Part shown: positions 1 through 12,232 of the stretch, piece after piece
Layout of the letters: each line of letters opens with the position of its first letter
Numbering within the stretch: the stretch's first letter is position 1
DNA from: Octopus sinensis
Lineage: Eukaryota
DNA: 64,000 nt
Reading direction: 5' to 3'
Assembly: GCF_006345805.1 (NCBI RefSeq)
Contig: NC_043005.1
Location: 29,512,001 to 29,576,000, forward strand
Notes under the pieces: generated by a model
Seen by the model: only the letters and a program-made list of their open reading frames with translations
What the model was told of the DNA's origin: nothing
The model's database searches: none
Made by a program: the position numbers and the translations under genes

Positions 1-739
1 CGGATTGACCCCAGCAACACTACATTAGCCAATGTGTTCTCTTTTCAATACTAAAGAGTGTGATTGGAAGAAGATTTGGCTGTTATCTCTGCTTTGAATA
101 ATGAGGTAGGACAGTCCAAGGAGTTAAGTAATCTAGAATTATTTTGTTTACTTTTGTAGTCAATAGAAGTACCTGCTGTGTATTGGTGTCAGTTAATCTA
201 CTTAGACGCACGTTATTACATAATTTGAAAAGGAAAAAAAGGAAAAAAAAACATTATGGCTTTATACCAAGTAAACAGCAACCAGTGTTGTTGTTGTTGT
301 TGTTGTTGGAGGTGAGTAGAGCCCGTAATTATGAGAGAAATAAACAAATTATATAATAGATAGATAACCCAAGAAAAAAGAAATAAGTATTAGTAAGAAA
401 AAGATGATCTGATGTGATAAAGTGATGAGTGAAGCAATAGATATGTAAACAGATGAACTAAAAAAACATCTAACAGTTATCTTGTGGTGCAGTGTGTGAG
501 AGAATGGATTGTATATTTTGTTAGCTGAGCAGGAATTTGGTCTTTGGTGGTGGCAGTTGGTCTTTGAGTGGCAGATTGTGAATGAGAGCAGGACATAGAG
601 AGAGTGAGTAAGCGGGTGAGTGAGTTGGGAGAGAGAGAAAGAGAGAGATGAAGTGTGTTGGTTTGCAGATGAAACAGAGGAGGAGAGAGCAAAGTGAGAA
701 GTTATATTTACAGTTTATTTATAAACTTGTAGATATTCA

Positions 740-868
740 TATACATGTGTATGTATAAATGAGTGTGTGCATGTGTGTGTGCATGTGTGTGCGTGCGTGT
801 GTGTGTGTGTATATCTATCTGTCTATCTATCTATCTATCTGTCTATCTGTCTATCTATCTATATATAT

Positions 869-903
<35 letters not shown>

Positions 904-1080
904 ACCACCAACACCACCTACCAACCTATATGTCTGCCTGCCTCTTTGTCTGTCTGTTTCTCTGCCTATCTGCCTATCTGCCTGTCTATATCTCTATCCA
1001 TCTGCCTCTATTTTTCTGCCTGTCTGTTTGTCTTGTCTACTTTGCCTGTCTACATATCTGTCTGCCAGTCTGCTTGTCTG
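740..1080. repeat. Compound microsatellite (GT/TA/TCTA/TCTG)
   Basis: Simple repeats seen directly; they explain ORFs 759-1130 and 767-1105. Confidence 0.95.
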
Positions 1081-1190
1081 TCAATCCAAATTCAATGGCA
1101 GCTGACTCCAGGTTTGTGAGGAGAGTTTGAGCATTTGTGATTGTATGTGAGATGGGTGCAAAGTCATCTTGTAGTCAAGGTCATCAGTGA
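1079..1190 (-). pseudogene. RTE-type LINE reverse transcriptase fragment
   Basis: Minus strand reads TD(D)LDY-[frameshift]-DDFAPISHTITNAQTLLTNLESAAIEFGLT, matching the DLDYADDIAL...AQ.LL..LE..A..IGL motif. Confidence 0.7.
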
Positions 1191-1570
1191 AGTACAATTT
1201 TTTGTGGTCATAGAACTTAGCTGTTCTTTCTAATGCATAGAATCTCTATAAGTGGATTCTCTATGTGTTTAAATATACACTATATCGTATGACTAATATA
1301 TAGTCTTTTTGACTAAAATTTTTTTACGCGTTAGACCACTGGAAATGTAAATTTTAATTGAATGTTTTTAATTTTAATTAAATTCCATTTCCCTTTGATA
1401 TGATTAAATACTGTAAGTTTTTGGATAATTTTCGGTTAATAAGTTGGCGGTTTTTTATTAGAGCCAACGAAGGACTGCATCTGTGCAGTAAGTTTGAAAA
1501 GTTAGTTCGTATAAACACGAGACAGGTAGCCTTGTTTGTCTCGTGTGGATATGTTTAACACTAGGTTGGA

Positions 1571-1644
1571 CCTGCTGAAGAAAATCAAACCTTGTGAGTT
1601 CTCCATGACTCGCTAAAAGATGATTAGAAACCAATTGGTCCAGG
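1571..1644 (+). ncRNA. Type-I hammerhead ribozyme motif (array unit 1)
   Basis: Stem I CCUG/CAGG; core CUGAAGA (1575-1581); stem II AAUCA/UGAUU plus GUGAGU/ACUCGC; GAAA (1627-1630); palindromic helix III ACCAAUUGGU; GUC triplet ending at 1640. Confidence 0.8.
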
Positions 1645-2068
1645 AAACTAGATGTTTTTCATTTCCAAATTTATTCCTGTCGAATTTTATCCCGATTTTT
1701 TTTGTGGTCATAGAACTTAGCTGTTCTTTCTAATGCGTAGAATCCCTATAAGTAGATTCTCTATGTGTTTAAATATACACTATATCGTATGACTAATATA
1801 TAGTCGTTTTGACCCAAAAATTTTTACGCGTTAGACCACTGGAAATGTAAATTTTAATTGAATGTTTTTAATTTTAATTAAATTCCATTTCCTTTGATAT
1901 GATTAAATACTGTAAGTTTTGGATAATTTTCGGTTAATAAGTTGGCGGTTTTTTATTAGAGCCAACGAAGGACTGCATCTGTGCAGTAAGTTTGAAAAGT
2001 TAGTTCGTATAAACACGAGACAGGTAGCCTTGTTTGTCTCGTGTGGATATGTTTAACACTAGGTTGGA

Positions 2069-2142
2069 CCTGCTGAAGAAAATCAAACCTTGTGAGTTCT
2101 CCATGACTCGCTAAAAGATGATTAGAAACCAATTGGTCCAGG
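2069..2142 (+). ncRNA. Type-I hammerhead ribozyme motif (array unit 2)
   Basis: Identical to the unit-1 motif; GUC triplet ends at 2138, 498 nt after the first. Confidence 0.8.
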
Positions 2143-2410
2143 AAACTAGATGTTTTTCATTTCCAAATTTATTCCTGTCGAATTTTATCCCGATTTTTTT
2201 TGTGGTCATAGAACTTAGCTGTTCTTTCTAATGCGTAGAATCCCTATAAGTGGATTCTCTATGTGTTTAAATATACACTATATCGTATGACTAATATATA
2301 GTCTTTTTGACTAAAATCTTTTTACGCGTTAGACCACTGGAAATGTAAATTTTAATTGAATGTTTTTAATTTTAATTAAATTCCATTTCCCTTTGATATG
2401 ATTAAATACT

Positions 2411-2577
2411 ATTTATATATACATATATATATATATATATATACATGCATATATATATATATACATGCACACACACACATATATATATATACATATATCA
2501 TCATCATCGTTTAACATGATGATGATGATATATGTATATATATATATGTGTATATATATATATATACACACACACAC

Positions 2578-2620
<43 letters not shown>

Positions 2621-2691
2621 TATATATACATATATCATCATCATCGTTTAACGTGATGATCATGATATATGTATATATATATATGTATATA

Positions 2692-2780
<89 letters not shown>

Positions 2781-2843
2781 TATATATACACACATATATA
2801 TATATACACACACACACACATATATATATATATACATATATAA
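2411..2843. repeat. (TA)n/(CA)n compound microsatellite with duplicated CATCATCATCGTTTAAC motif
   Basis: Seen directly. Confidence 0.95.
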
Positions 2844-2844
2844 G

Positions 2845-3300
2845 AGATAATGGTGTCATTGAGACCCAAGGCGTCAGGTAATGCTGAATAAGTGCTATAG
2901 ACAGACCATAGTTAAGTTCCAGATTCGGTAATATAGTGAATAAAGGATTCAACGTTGGGTCTATGTCAGCGTGTGTATATATGAAGTTTTTGGGTAATGA
3001 GATAAAAAAACCAAGGCTGTATAGATATTAGAGCATTTATAGATAGAAGGTCTTACAGCTGTTTCTAGGATATTAATTAATAATATCCCTTCATCGGAAA
3101 CGGTGTGAGAGGAAAAATTAAGTCATAGTTAGTTTCGATGTGATACAAATAGAGAGTGAGGTGGAGGAAAGAAAATAGATGTAAGATATGTATGGGTATT
3201 GAGTTCGTAAATCCGTTTTATTGGCATAATGGTATATATGCATTTATTCCAATATCCTTTGAGTAAAATCCAAAAGTCCAACAGAGTTCAATTCAACAAA
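2845..3300 (-). mobile_element. Penelope-like element 3' end with hammerhead (family B)
   Basis: Minus strand has degraded RILE*MHIY, similar to the Penelope endonuclease C-terminal LE..hI motif, then the hammerhead at 3050-3101; ends at (TA)n. Confidence 0.55.
3050..3101 (-). ncRNA. Hammerhead-like motif, family B (U4C variant)
   Basis: GUUU/AGAC stem I; CCGAUGA; GGGAUAUUA/UAAUAUCCU stem II; GAAA; palindrome ACAGCUGU; GUA triplet. Confidence 0.65.
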
Positions 3301-5084
3301 AATGTTCAAAAGCTACTTACCACACAGCCACTCCTGTGCCCTATACACCTGCCTATCTCTCTATTTCTGTCTCTATGTCTGATTGTCTCACTGTCTTTCT
3401 TTCCCTGTCTCTATCTCTCTCTTTGTCTGTCTCTGTCTATCTGCCTGTCTGTCATATTTAATTAGATATAGACCTTGTTAAATTACTCATATTTCTTTTA
3501 TTTGCCTTAGAAACAAAGTTGCTGCCTTTGTCAGGAATTGAACTAAAAAGTGACATGTTCAGGTCATCAACCTGAATACAGTTACTGTACAAATAAACAC
3601 CACCACTGCCATCAACTAACTACAACAACACAACTTCCTTCACCACTACCACCACCACCACCACCACTACCACCACTGCTACTACCACTCCTCTCCCACC
3701 CTGGATAAACCTCTAACACTTTAGATAATCTTCATTAAAGCTAAATGACTTACATAATTATATTATTAATAATTACATTTCACTCATCTCTATCTCTCCC
3801 TCTCTCATTCACTCTCTTTCTCTCTTCTTCCTCTCCTTCATTGCTCCCCTCTCTCCCCTCTCAGTCAGTTAATATTCCTGCTATTAAAATTTTCTGTCAT
3901 TAATATTCTCATAACTTAATACATTATAAATTAGAAAATTCATTATGCTTAATCAACAATTTAATAATTATTGCAATTTCCTATTTAGTTTGGTCTGTCT
4001 TCACCAATCCAGCTATCTACACTTGTTTAACCTTTAAGTGGCTCTAATTAATTTTTCATCATGTCACTGCGGCCGTAAGCAAAGAATAAAAATTAATATT
4101 TTAATATTGAAATTTCAAAATTTTAAAAATGCATATAACAATTAGCATCTTTTATTGGTAACTTTCTGCTTTCCACTTTTTGGATATTTTTGGTGAGACC
4201 CTTACTGACGACTGTTACTTCCGTTCGTCAGGGTGTTTTCGGTAAGTCCCTTATTGACAACTCTTACTTCTTTCCCTTTCTATATTTTTGGTCAATCACA
4301 TTTGAAAGATTCCCACTTCTGTTCTGTCATCATCATTTAACATCCACTTTTCCATGCTTGCATGGGTTAGAGGGATTTAGTTGTTGCAGATTTTTAACTG
4401 GCAGATACCCTCACCTGTTTTCCCTTGACCAGACATATTTCTCAATGAACGACACTGCCTGTTTGTATGATGATGATGTTCATTTACAGCCATCACATAG
4501 TGTCAAAACAAAGCTTACACATGAATACCCACACATACACACACACATTCAATGTGCTTCTTTCAGTTTCTGTTTTCCAAATCCCCTCACAAGGTTTTGG
4601 TTAGCCCAGAGCTATAGCAGAGGACACTTGCCCAAGGTATCACACGGTAGGACTGATCCTGAAACCACATGGAGAAAGGGGAGGAAGCAAGTTTTTTAAT
4701 CACATACCCATGCTTGCATCAAGAGTGTATTTTTTGGTAAATCTGTGGGAATTTGGACTTCCATCACCTCAATATATTTTGGTAAATCACTCATGAAAGA
4801 TACTCACTTCTGACCCATCATATATTAAAGGCACCTCAATCTCTCTTATCAGTTTCATCATCATTCAACATTCATGTTTCATGTTGGCATGGACTGGATG
4901 GTCCGACAGGATCCAATCAGTGTGAAGACTGCATCCTACTCCAGTCTCTGCTTTGGCTATTTCTCATGAGACAGCTGTATGTGATTGGAGGAAAATTTAG
5001 CTGCTATCTCTAGCTTCATGGAGGGTTTGATTATAACCCTTTTGTTACCATATTTCTGTTAGAATACACTTGCCTTGCCTTAAG

Positions 5085-5297
5085 GTGGGGAGCTGGCAGA
5101 AACGTTAGCACACCAGCCAAAATGCTTAGTGGTATATTGTCCATCATTACGTCCTGAGTTCAAATTCTGCTGAGGTTGACTTTGCCTTTCATCCTTTCGG
5201 GGTCGATAAATTAGGTACCAGTTGCATACTGGGTCGATCTAATTGACTGGCACCTGCCCCAATAATTTCAGGCCTTGTGCCTATAGTAGAAAAAAAA
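5085..5297 (+). mobile_element. tRNA-derived SINE with Nin/Deu-like central domain
   Basis: Head GAGCTGGCAGAAACGTTAGC...GAGTTCAAATT; central GCCTTTCATCCTTTCGGGGTCGATAAA; A-rich tail; at least 8 relatives in the window. Confidence 0.85.
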
Positions 5298-5387
5298 ATG
5301 AAAAAAAATACACTTGCCTTCATTTCAATTGATTTTTTTGAACAATGAAGAATTGAATAAAATAATTTTGTCATTTTGTTTTTGGAT

Positions 5388-5710
5388 TTGGTTTGCAAGA
5401 TTCCTTATGAAAGTTCGTGTATTGAAGTATTTTCTGGTGTGTCTGGGCAAAGTCATTCTCTTTTGGTGCCTTATAATTTAACTCATTCACCGGTAAAATT
5501 TCCACTTATTCCTTATTTTTATTTTCCTAAAATTTTCGTTGCATCTTGCAACCTTTTCAATAAAAAAGAAGTAAGTGGTAATTTTACCAGTGAGTGTGTT
5601 AAATTATAAGGCACCAAGAGAGAGAATGACTCTCCCCAGACACAACAGGATTTTGTCATTATTAAGCAAATATTTAGAACACGAATTAATATGAAATCTT
5701 GATACCAAGA
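5388..5710. mobile_element. MITE / foldback with long terminal inverted repeats
   Basis: ~70-bp high-identity inverted arms 5438-5510 and 5573-5644, with diverged extension outward. Confidence 0.75.
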
Positions 5711-5721
5711 TTTTATTTAGG

Positions 5722-6003
5722 TCATTTTAAAACAAATTTTTCCTCATGGAACGGAGGAGTTTTCTCAACTGAGTTGGTATCAGCAGGGTTAAACAGTTCC
5801 CTGGGGTCCTTATTAGTTTCTTTCTCTGCCACCGCCAACAGCAACAATAACAATCTCTGTTCAATGGACATACAGCTATCAGGTGTCATATTTATTATGG
5901 AGTATGTAATGTTTTCTTTTAGATTTTTAGTGTTTAGTGTTATAGAATTTAGGCCTGTTACATTCCAGTTCAGTACTAAAGAACTATATATTATGTCGGA
6001 CAC
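5722..6003 (-). CDS. Candidate terminal coding exon, unknown product
   Basis: Non-repetitive 93-codon frame preceded by TTATAG acceptor, followed by TGA and AATAAA; three N-X-T sequons; no recognised homologue. Confidence 0.3.
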   Translation of the reverse strand: MSDIIYSSLVLNWNVTGLNSITLNTKNLKENITYSIINMTPDSCMSIEQRLLLLLLAVAEKETNKDPRELFNPADTNSVEKTPPFHEEKFVLK

Positions 6004-6285
6004 CTATAACTGACACACACATGTTATGGCAATGTATTAACGGCATAGATAAAATTCTTGCTATTGCAATCAATTTAAATATTCTGTTTTGTTTTGCCAT
6101 TTTTACTCAAGATATTAATTTACAGTTACACTTCAGTTGATGCCCAAACGCTTATGGTGTGTATGACTTCTGCATTATCTCGATTTGAATCTTCTACTCA
6201 ACTTACCATTCCATCTCATTGTTTTGTCGTCTTGTCATTTCTTCAGAGGCATCCGAATGCTTTTAATTTACACTCTGTATGTCAC

Positions 6286-6755
6286 TTTACCTGTTTCAGT
6301 TACTGGACTGCAGCCATGCTGGAGCACCCTCTTTAAGGGCTTACTTGAACAAATTGACTCTAGTACCCTTTTTTTTTTGAAACCTGATATTTATTCTGTC
6401 AGTCTCTTTGCTGAACCACTAAGTCACGGAGATGTAAACATAGCCACACTGGTTGTCAAGTGGTGGTGGTGGTGATGGGGACAAACACACACACAAATAC
6501 ACACACACACAGAGTCACACACACACAGTCACACCCACACACACATACTCATACACAAAGTCTCACACACACACATGCAAAGTCACACACACACACACAT
6601 ATACAGAAAGTCATACATACACACACACATAGACCAGGTTTTCCCATCATAATTTCTGTCATCCCTTGTGAGGCATTGGTATGTCTGGGGTCTCTGGCAG
6701 AAGACAGCCACCCAATGTGCCATACATACAGTGAGACAGACTGAACCCAGAAATC
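6286..6755 (-). mobile_element. CORE-type tRNA SINE (OR-like) with expanded internal (CA)n
   Basis: Reverse complement of tail CCAGCATGGCTGCAGTC..TGAAACA and of head/CORE CTTGGGCAAGTGTCTTC. Confidence 0.75.
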
Positions 6756-8494
6756 AAGTGAAATTGCATTCATCAGGCAACTGTAAACATATGCTTCTCA
6801 ATCTATCTGTATACTGAGAAAAACCCAACTGGTTTCAGTCCTATTTGGGATATCTCTCTCTCAGGAACCATGTATTCTTTTGTTATCTGTCCACAATGCA
6901 TACATGCATTATCACCACCATCACCACCACCACCACCACCACCACCATATAATCCTCTAATCAGCTATTATTTTTTGTTATTTTTTTCTGTATTAGAGAT
7001 TATCCTACTTCAGTAGAATCCTTACTCCTTTAGACTTAGCTTCATTTCTCAAAAATGAATTTCCAAAATAGCTCTAAGTTTTCCCTCCTGTTAATTTCCA
7101 ACTTAGGATGCTTGTTTTAGAGACCAAAATTAACAACAAGCTAAACATTAAACTATGAAAGATAATCCCAGACTTCTCAAGGTTGAGAGCCAAATAGAAC
7201 AACTTCAAAAGAGAGTTAAAAGGGATTTTGAAAGTAGGAAAATATAATTCAAGCTGGAAATAAAAATGTATGTGTGTGTGTGTTTGTTTGTTTGTTTACA
7301 TTCAAGGCTCAGTAAAGGTTGCTTCTTGGGAGGGATGTTATTATTGTCACTTGTTATGTAAACAAATCACCTGCTTGCTTCATGCTTTTGAATATGCACA
7401 AAACAAGATACCTCCTTACTTGAAAAATAGGTAAGGATTAGCAACAGTTATGTAGCTTAGAATCTAATTTAAAAAATTGCAAAACTAAGTTAAAAGTTTT
7501 ATTTTTAGAAAGTACATTGGAAATTTTAAAAAATGTATGTGTTTGTTTACATTGGAAGTCTATGAATCTTGCCCACTGCAATTGGTGTTGTTGTTGCCAT
7601 TTCTCTTGTCAACAAATCACCTGCCCACTTTACCATTGTTGATTTAGCGAACACTTGTAAAAAACAGGAAAAGGTCAACAACTAAAGGAACATCTAGTTG
7701 TAAAACAATGCCACAATGATATATTTGTCTCATTCATGCTAGCATTTGAAAACTGGATGTAAAACCTTTTTCTTCAATGCTTATCTTCATCTATTTCTAT
7801 ATTGTTATTGTATGTTGCCCCATTGAAGATTTGAGGATAGTTTTTTAAAAAAATTATTCCTTATTTACTCATGTATAACTCAATGTTTTACACCTGATTT
7901 TAATTGATAAAACTGAGGTGTGACTTATAAATGGGGCAAAGCTAAAACAATGACAGGAAAACAAAATTTGTACCAAGATTTAATGCTAAAATAGGGATAT
8001 GAATTATACACAAGCAAATGTGATAATTTGGAGAGAAGCATTTTCTTCCCAGTATTCTAATTTTTAAATCTGTTGCTTAAAACGGATATTTATTGTTTTA
8101 AGCATTCATATGTTTGCAGTTATGTTTTTAATTTATTTACATTTACTTACCACACAGGATGTGTATCTTTTTCTTTTACTTTCCTCATTGGATTTATCTC
8201 TTGTCATCAGGGTTATCTTAGTTGCTTCACAACGTAGAGTATCTCGTGGAATGTGCTCAAATTCTAGCTGCACCACTGGCTTGATCCCAACATATTTCAA
8301 ATGCAATTAATATATATACATTATTACAGTGGTTATAATATTCTCGTACCTTACTTTTCCACTTTTTCTTTTTAATGTCATATCTAGTAATATGTACACT
8401 ATTTCTATAGATCTAATATATACATTATTACTGTCGCTGTACAGTATATACATTATCACTATAGATATAAGATTTGATAATATATGCATAATTA

Positions 8495-8977
8495 CTGTGG
8501 CTGTGCTGACATGGCCAATGACAGTGCCGCCTGATTGGAACTCGTGCAGGTGGAACGTTAAAAGCACATTCGAGCATGATCGTTGCCAGGGCCACGGATT
8601 GGCTTCTGAGCTGGTGGTACATAAAAAGCACCATTCGACCGTGATCGTTGCCAGTGTCACCTTACTGGTACATGTGCCGGTGACATGTGGAAAACAACAT
8701 TTGAGCATGGTCATTGCCAGTGCCACCAGACTGACTCCCATGCAGGTAGCAAGTAAAAAACACCTTTTGAGCATGGTCATTGCCAGTACCATTGACTGGC
8801 TCTTGTGCTGGTGGCACGTAAAAGCACCCACTACACTCTCAGAGTGGTTGGCGTTAGGAAGGGCATCCATCTGTAGAAACATTGCCAGATCAGACTGAAG
8901 CCTGGTGCAGCCTTCTGGCTCACCAGTCCTCAGTCAAACTGTCAAACCTATGCCAGCATGGAAAGCAGATGTTAAAC

Positions 8978-9008
<31 letters not shown>

Positions 9009-9010
9009 TT
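8495..9010 (+). mobile_element. RTE-tail non-autonomous retroelement with internal ~55-bp subrepeats and (GAT)n tail
   Basis: Ends GGTTGGCGTTAGGAAGGGCATCC...GCCAGCATGGAAAGC..GTTAAACGATGATGAT; many relatives in the window. Confidence 0.8.
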
Positions 9011-9384
9011 ATGCAAAGTCTTTCTCAATCCATTGGCTCAGAAGGCTGTTTTCTTGGATTCTGTGATATATGTATTCTCCATCCTCTGAACAGGATGCTG
9101 GCCCAATGCAGGATCACTTGTTTTTGCCAGCTGAGAGGGCTGGATCAATGTGGAATGAAGTGTTTTGCTCAAGAACATAACGTATCTCCTGGTTCCGAAA
9201 TTGAAACCACAGTTTTACAAACATAATTGTAACACCCTAAACTCTAAGCCATGTGCCTCCACTTCATATGCACATTATTACAACCCATATATACATATTA
9301 TAACTATAGATACAAAATCTGGTTATAAACGCATTACTAACATTGTGGTGCATCTGGTAATATACACATATAGCGTTTACCTTC

Positions 9385-9680
9385 TACTTGTTTCAATCAT
9401 TGGACTGCGACCATGCTGGGGCACTGAATTAAAGGGTTTTAGTCAAACAAATCAACACCAGGACTTACTTTCAAGTCTGGTACTAAGTCTATCAGTCTAT
9501 TTTGCCAAACCACAAAGTTACAGGGATATAATCAAACTAACATCTCTCGCCAAGTGGTGGTGGTGTGGAGGACAAGTGTAGATAAACACACACATACACA
9601 CACACACATTTGATGGGCTAGCACTCACAAGGCATTGGCCAGCTCAGAGCTGTAGGAGAAGACACTTGCCCAAGGTGCCT
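9385..9680 (-). mobile_element. CORE-type SINE copy
   Basis: Same family as 35908-36312, diverged. Confidence 0.7.
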
Positions 9681-10469
9681 ACATATTATTTCAATAGGTA
9701 TCTTATACAAATAATATCCACATTATCAATATAGCTCCATTTAGCAAATGAAATGTTTGAAAACCCCATTTTGCAATACAGGTGAGAAGTTTGGTAAAAT
9801 ATGTAAGGTTATGTCAACAAAAGCTAAAAGAGTGGAGATATTGTATTACATTACATAGGTTGTTTAATAATAATATTTCAGGCAAGATTCCCCTTCTCAA
9901 ATACAGAAGAAAGGAAATACTCAAAGAGTTCAGAAAAATGTACTGTTATCAGGAGAACCATCTGGTGTGTTGTTTAAGGATATATCTTTCATCTTTTATC
10001 TTTTACTTATTTCAGTCATAAGATTCTGGCCATCCTGGGGCACTGTTTTGAAGGGTTTAGTCGAAAAAAATTGACCCTAGTGTTCTTTTAAACTCTGGTT
10101 TTATTGATTTCGTTTTGCTGAACTGCTAAGTTAGGGGTCATAAGTAAACTAACACTGGTTGACAACATTGGTGGGGACAACTGCAAATGCAAAGATACAC
10201 TTGTGGCATTCACAAAGCTTTTTAAACAACGGAACATAAAGATAAGCATTTCCATCAAACTTTTACTCCATATTTCAAAAGAAAACCAAAATTAGTTTGC
10301 TGATGATCAGAAATGAGAAATCTGAGGACATTGGAGTCTTTCAGTTGTAATGTATTAGAGAGTACTCTGTCTTATTGAGTCCTGTAACTTATCACTTCTG
10401 GTGAATCAGCATGTATCTACATCATCATCATTTAATGTCTGCCTTCTATGCTGGCATGGGTAGGTTGGT

Positions 10470-10770
10470 TTGACAGGAAATTCGGTGGTATGGGCATGTG
10501 TTGAGGAGGGATGAGGAACATGTTCTGAGGAGGGTGCTTGAGTTTGAGGTAAATGGACCACAAAAGCAAAGAAGACTGAGGAAAATGTGGAGGGGACAGG
10601 TGGAAGAGGAGATTGGGAGGGTTGACTTGAGAAGGGAGGACACCCAAAACCAGGCAAGATGGTGTGAGGGCAGTTGCTTGACATTGAGGCAGATCTGTCC
10701 ACCCCCATTAATGGGGGCAAATCCTGGATTTAAAATGATGGATGATGATGATGATGATGATGATAATGAC
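10470..10770 (+). mobile_element. RTE LINE 3' end (ORF C-terminus, 3' UTR, (GAT)n tail)
   Basis: WYGHVLRRDEEHVLRRVLEFEVNGPQKQRRLRKMW matches the RTE C-terminal W.GHV.R...R..RGRP...W motif. Confidence 0.85.
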
Positions 10771-10835
10771 TAGACAGAAGACTGCATCAGGCTTCACTGG
10801 TTGCCCTTCCTAACACTAACCACCTTGCATATCTG

Positions 10836-10925
<90 letters not shown>

Positions 10926-11639
10926 ATATATTGGTGTTCTTTCAATTGCCATCCATCAAATCCATCTCAAGGCTTTGATTGGTCCTGGACTATAACAGAA
11001 GATACTTACCCTGGGTGGCATGCAGAGAGACTGAACCCAGAAGCATGTGTTGTTGGGAAGTAGATTTCATACCACATTGTCACACCTGTGTAACTAAATC
11101 ACACCTGTGTGATTTAGTTATTTGGGACAGAATAGGCAAATCATGCAGTCACTGAATTCATCTGCTCAGCAGGTGTGACCACCTCTTCCAAAATTATTGA
11201 GAAGGAAAGTATTTATGGACAGCTGCTTTGAAACCATCAGCTCTTGTTTGATTGTAAATTCACGTTTACACTAATGACTATTGATGTACTTAATTATGGT
11301 AGAAAGTGACAATTTGGAAAAGCTAGGATTTGAGGGCAAAGCAGGATACTGACATGTATTTTGCAAACAGAATCTGCAAGCAGAATAGTAAAAATATGTG
11401 AAAATTTTTGAACGTTCAAACATGTAGCAATTATGGATGTTGTTATCTAAATTCCAGAAATGGAAACTGCTTGTTTGTTAGGAAGCAACTCCTTCCATGT
11501 AGGAAGAATTCTTATAAAGGTAAACAGACATAAACTGCTGTAAACAGAAATATGCAAAGTCTACACTTTCAGATTCTCACACTAACACATTCAAGGTTAT
11601 TTCTCCTACACATTCATCTCTATTTCCCTCTCTCATACA

Positions 11640-11707
<68 letters not shown>

Positions 11708-12232
11708 CACATACAAATACACATATGCAGAACATGAAGACATGCAGTTGAGGTTTTTTTAAACACAAACACATTCACATGTGTTTCTTACAACACACAC
11801 ACACCACACACACACCACACACACACACACACACACATGTATATATTTATATATGCTCACATATGCACAGCTTCCACATATAAACATGCTGGTATCTGAT
11901 ATGACAATGTTCATGAATAAAATGTCTTGCAATGTGTCTATCAAATACTAATTTACAAAGCTGTGTGTGTATATATATATATATACACACGTTTATATAC
12001 AAGACGTGCTTATTTAGTAAATCTTCTGGCAAGCTAAATCATTTTGCAGAAAAATTCAAAATATTTGTAATTTCTAAGGTTACTTAGAACCTTTGGCTCC
12101 TTGTTCTCAAAGACATGTAAAAGATACTCTGGATGGTTTGTGTGACACTACCAGATATCATCACCATCACCATCATTATCCTCATCATCATTATCGTCAC
12201 CATCATTATCATCATCGTCGTCATCATCGTCA

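Larger units (their letters stand above)
1199..2410 (+). repeat. Tandem array of ~2.4 near-identical ~499-bp units (retrozyme/Penelope pLTR-like)
   Basis: TGTGGTCATAGAACTTAG recurs at 1203, 1703 and 2201; the array ends at a (TA)n tract; both full units contain a hammerhead motif. Confidence 0.9.

Noticed and set aside
1515-1564. Hairpin ACACGAGACA/TGTCTCGTGT followed by CTAG as a Helitron 3' end
   Set aside because: It lies inside the repeat unit rather than at a boundary, and the adjacent hammerhead explains the array better.
1199-2410. CRISPR-like array
   Set aside because: Units are long and identical with no unique spacers, in a eukaryotic context; the same applies to the 248-bp and 24-bp repeats.
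11091-11120. 14-bp-arm palindrome at a SINE end
   Set aside because: Adjacent CACACCTGTG direct repeat points to a local template-switch by-product.
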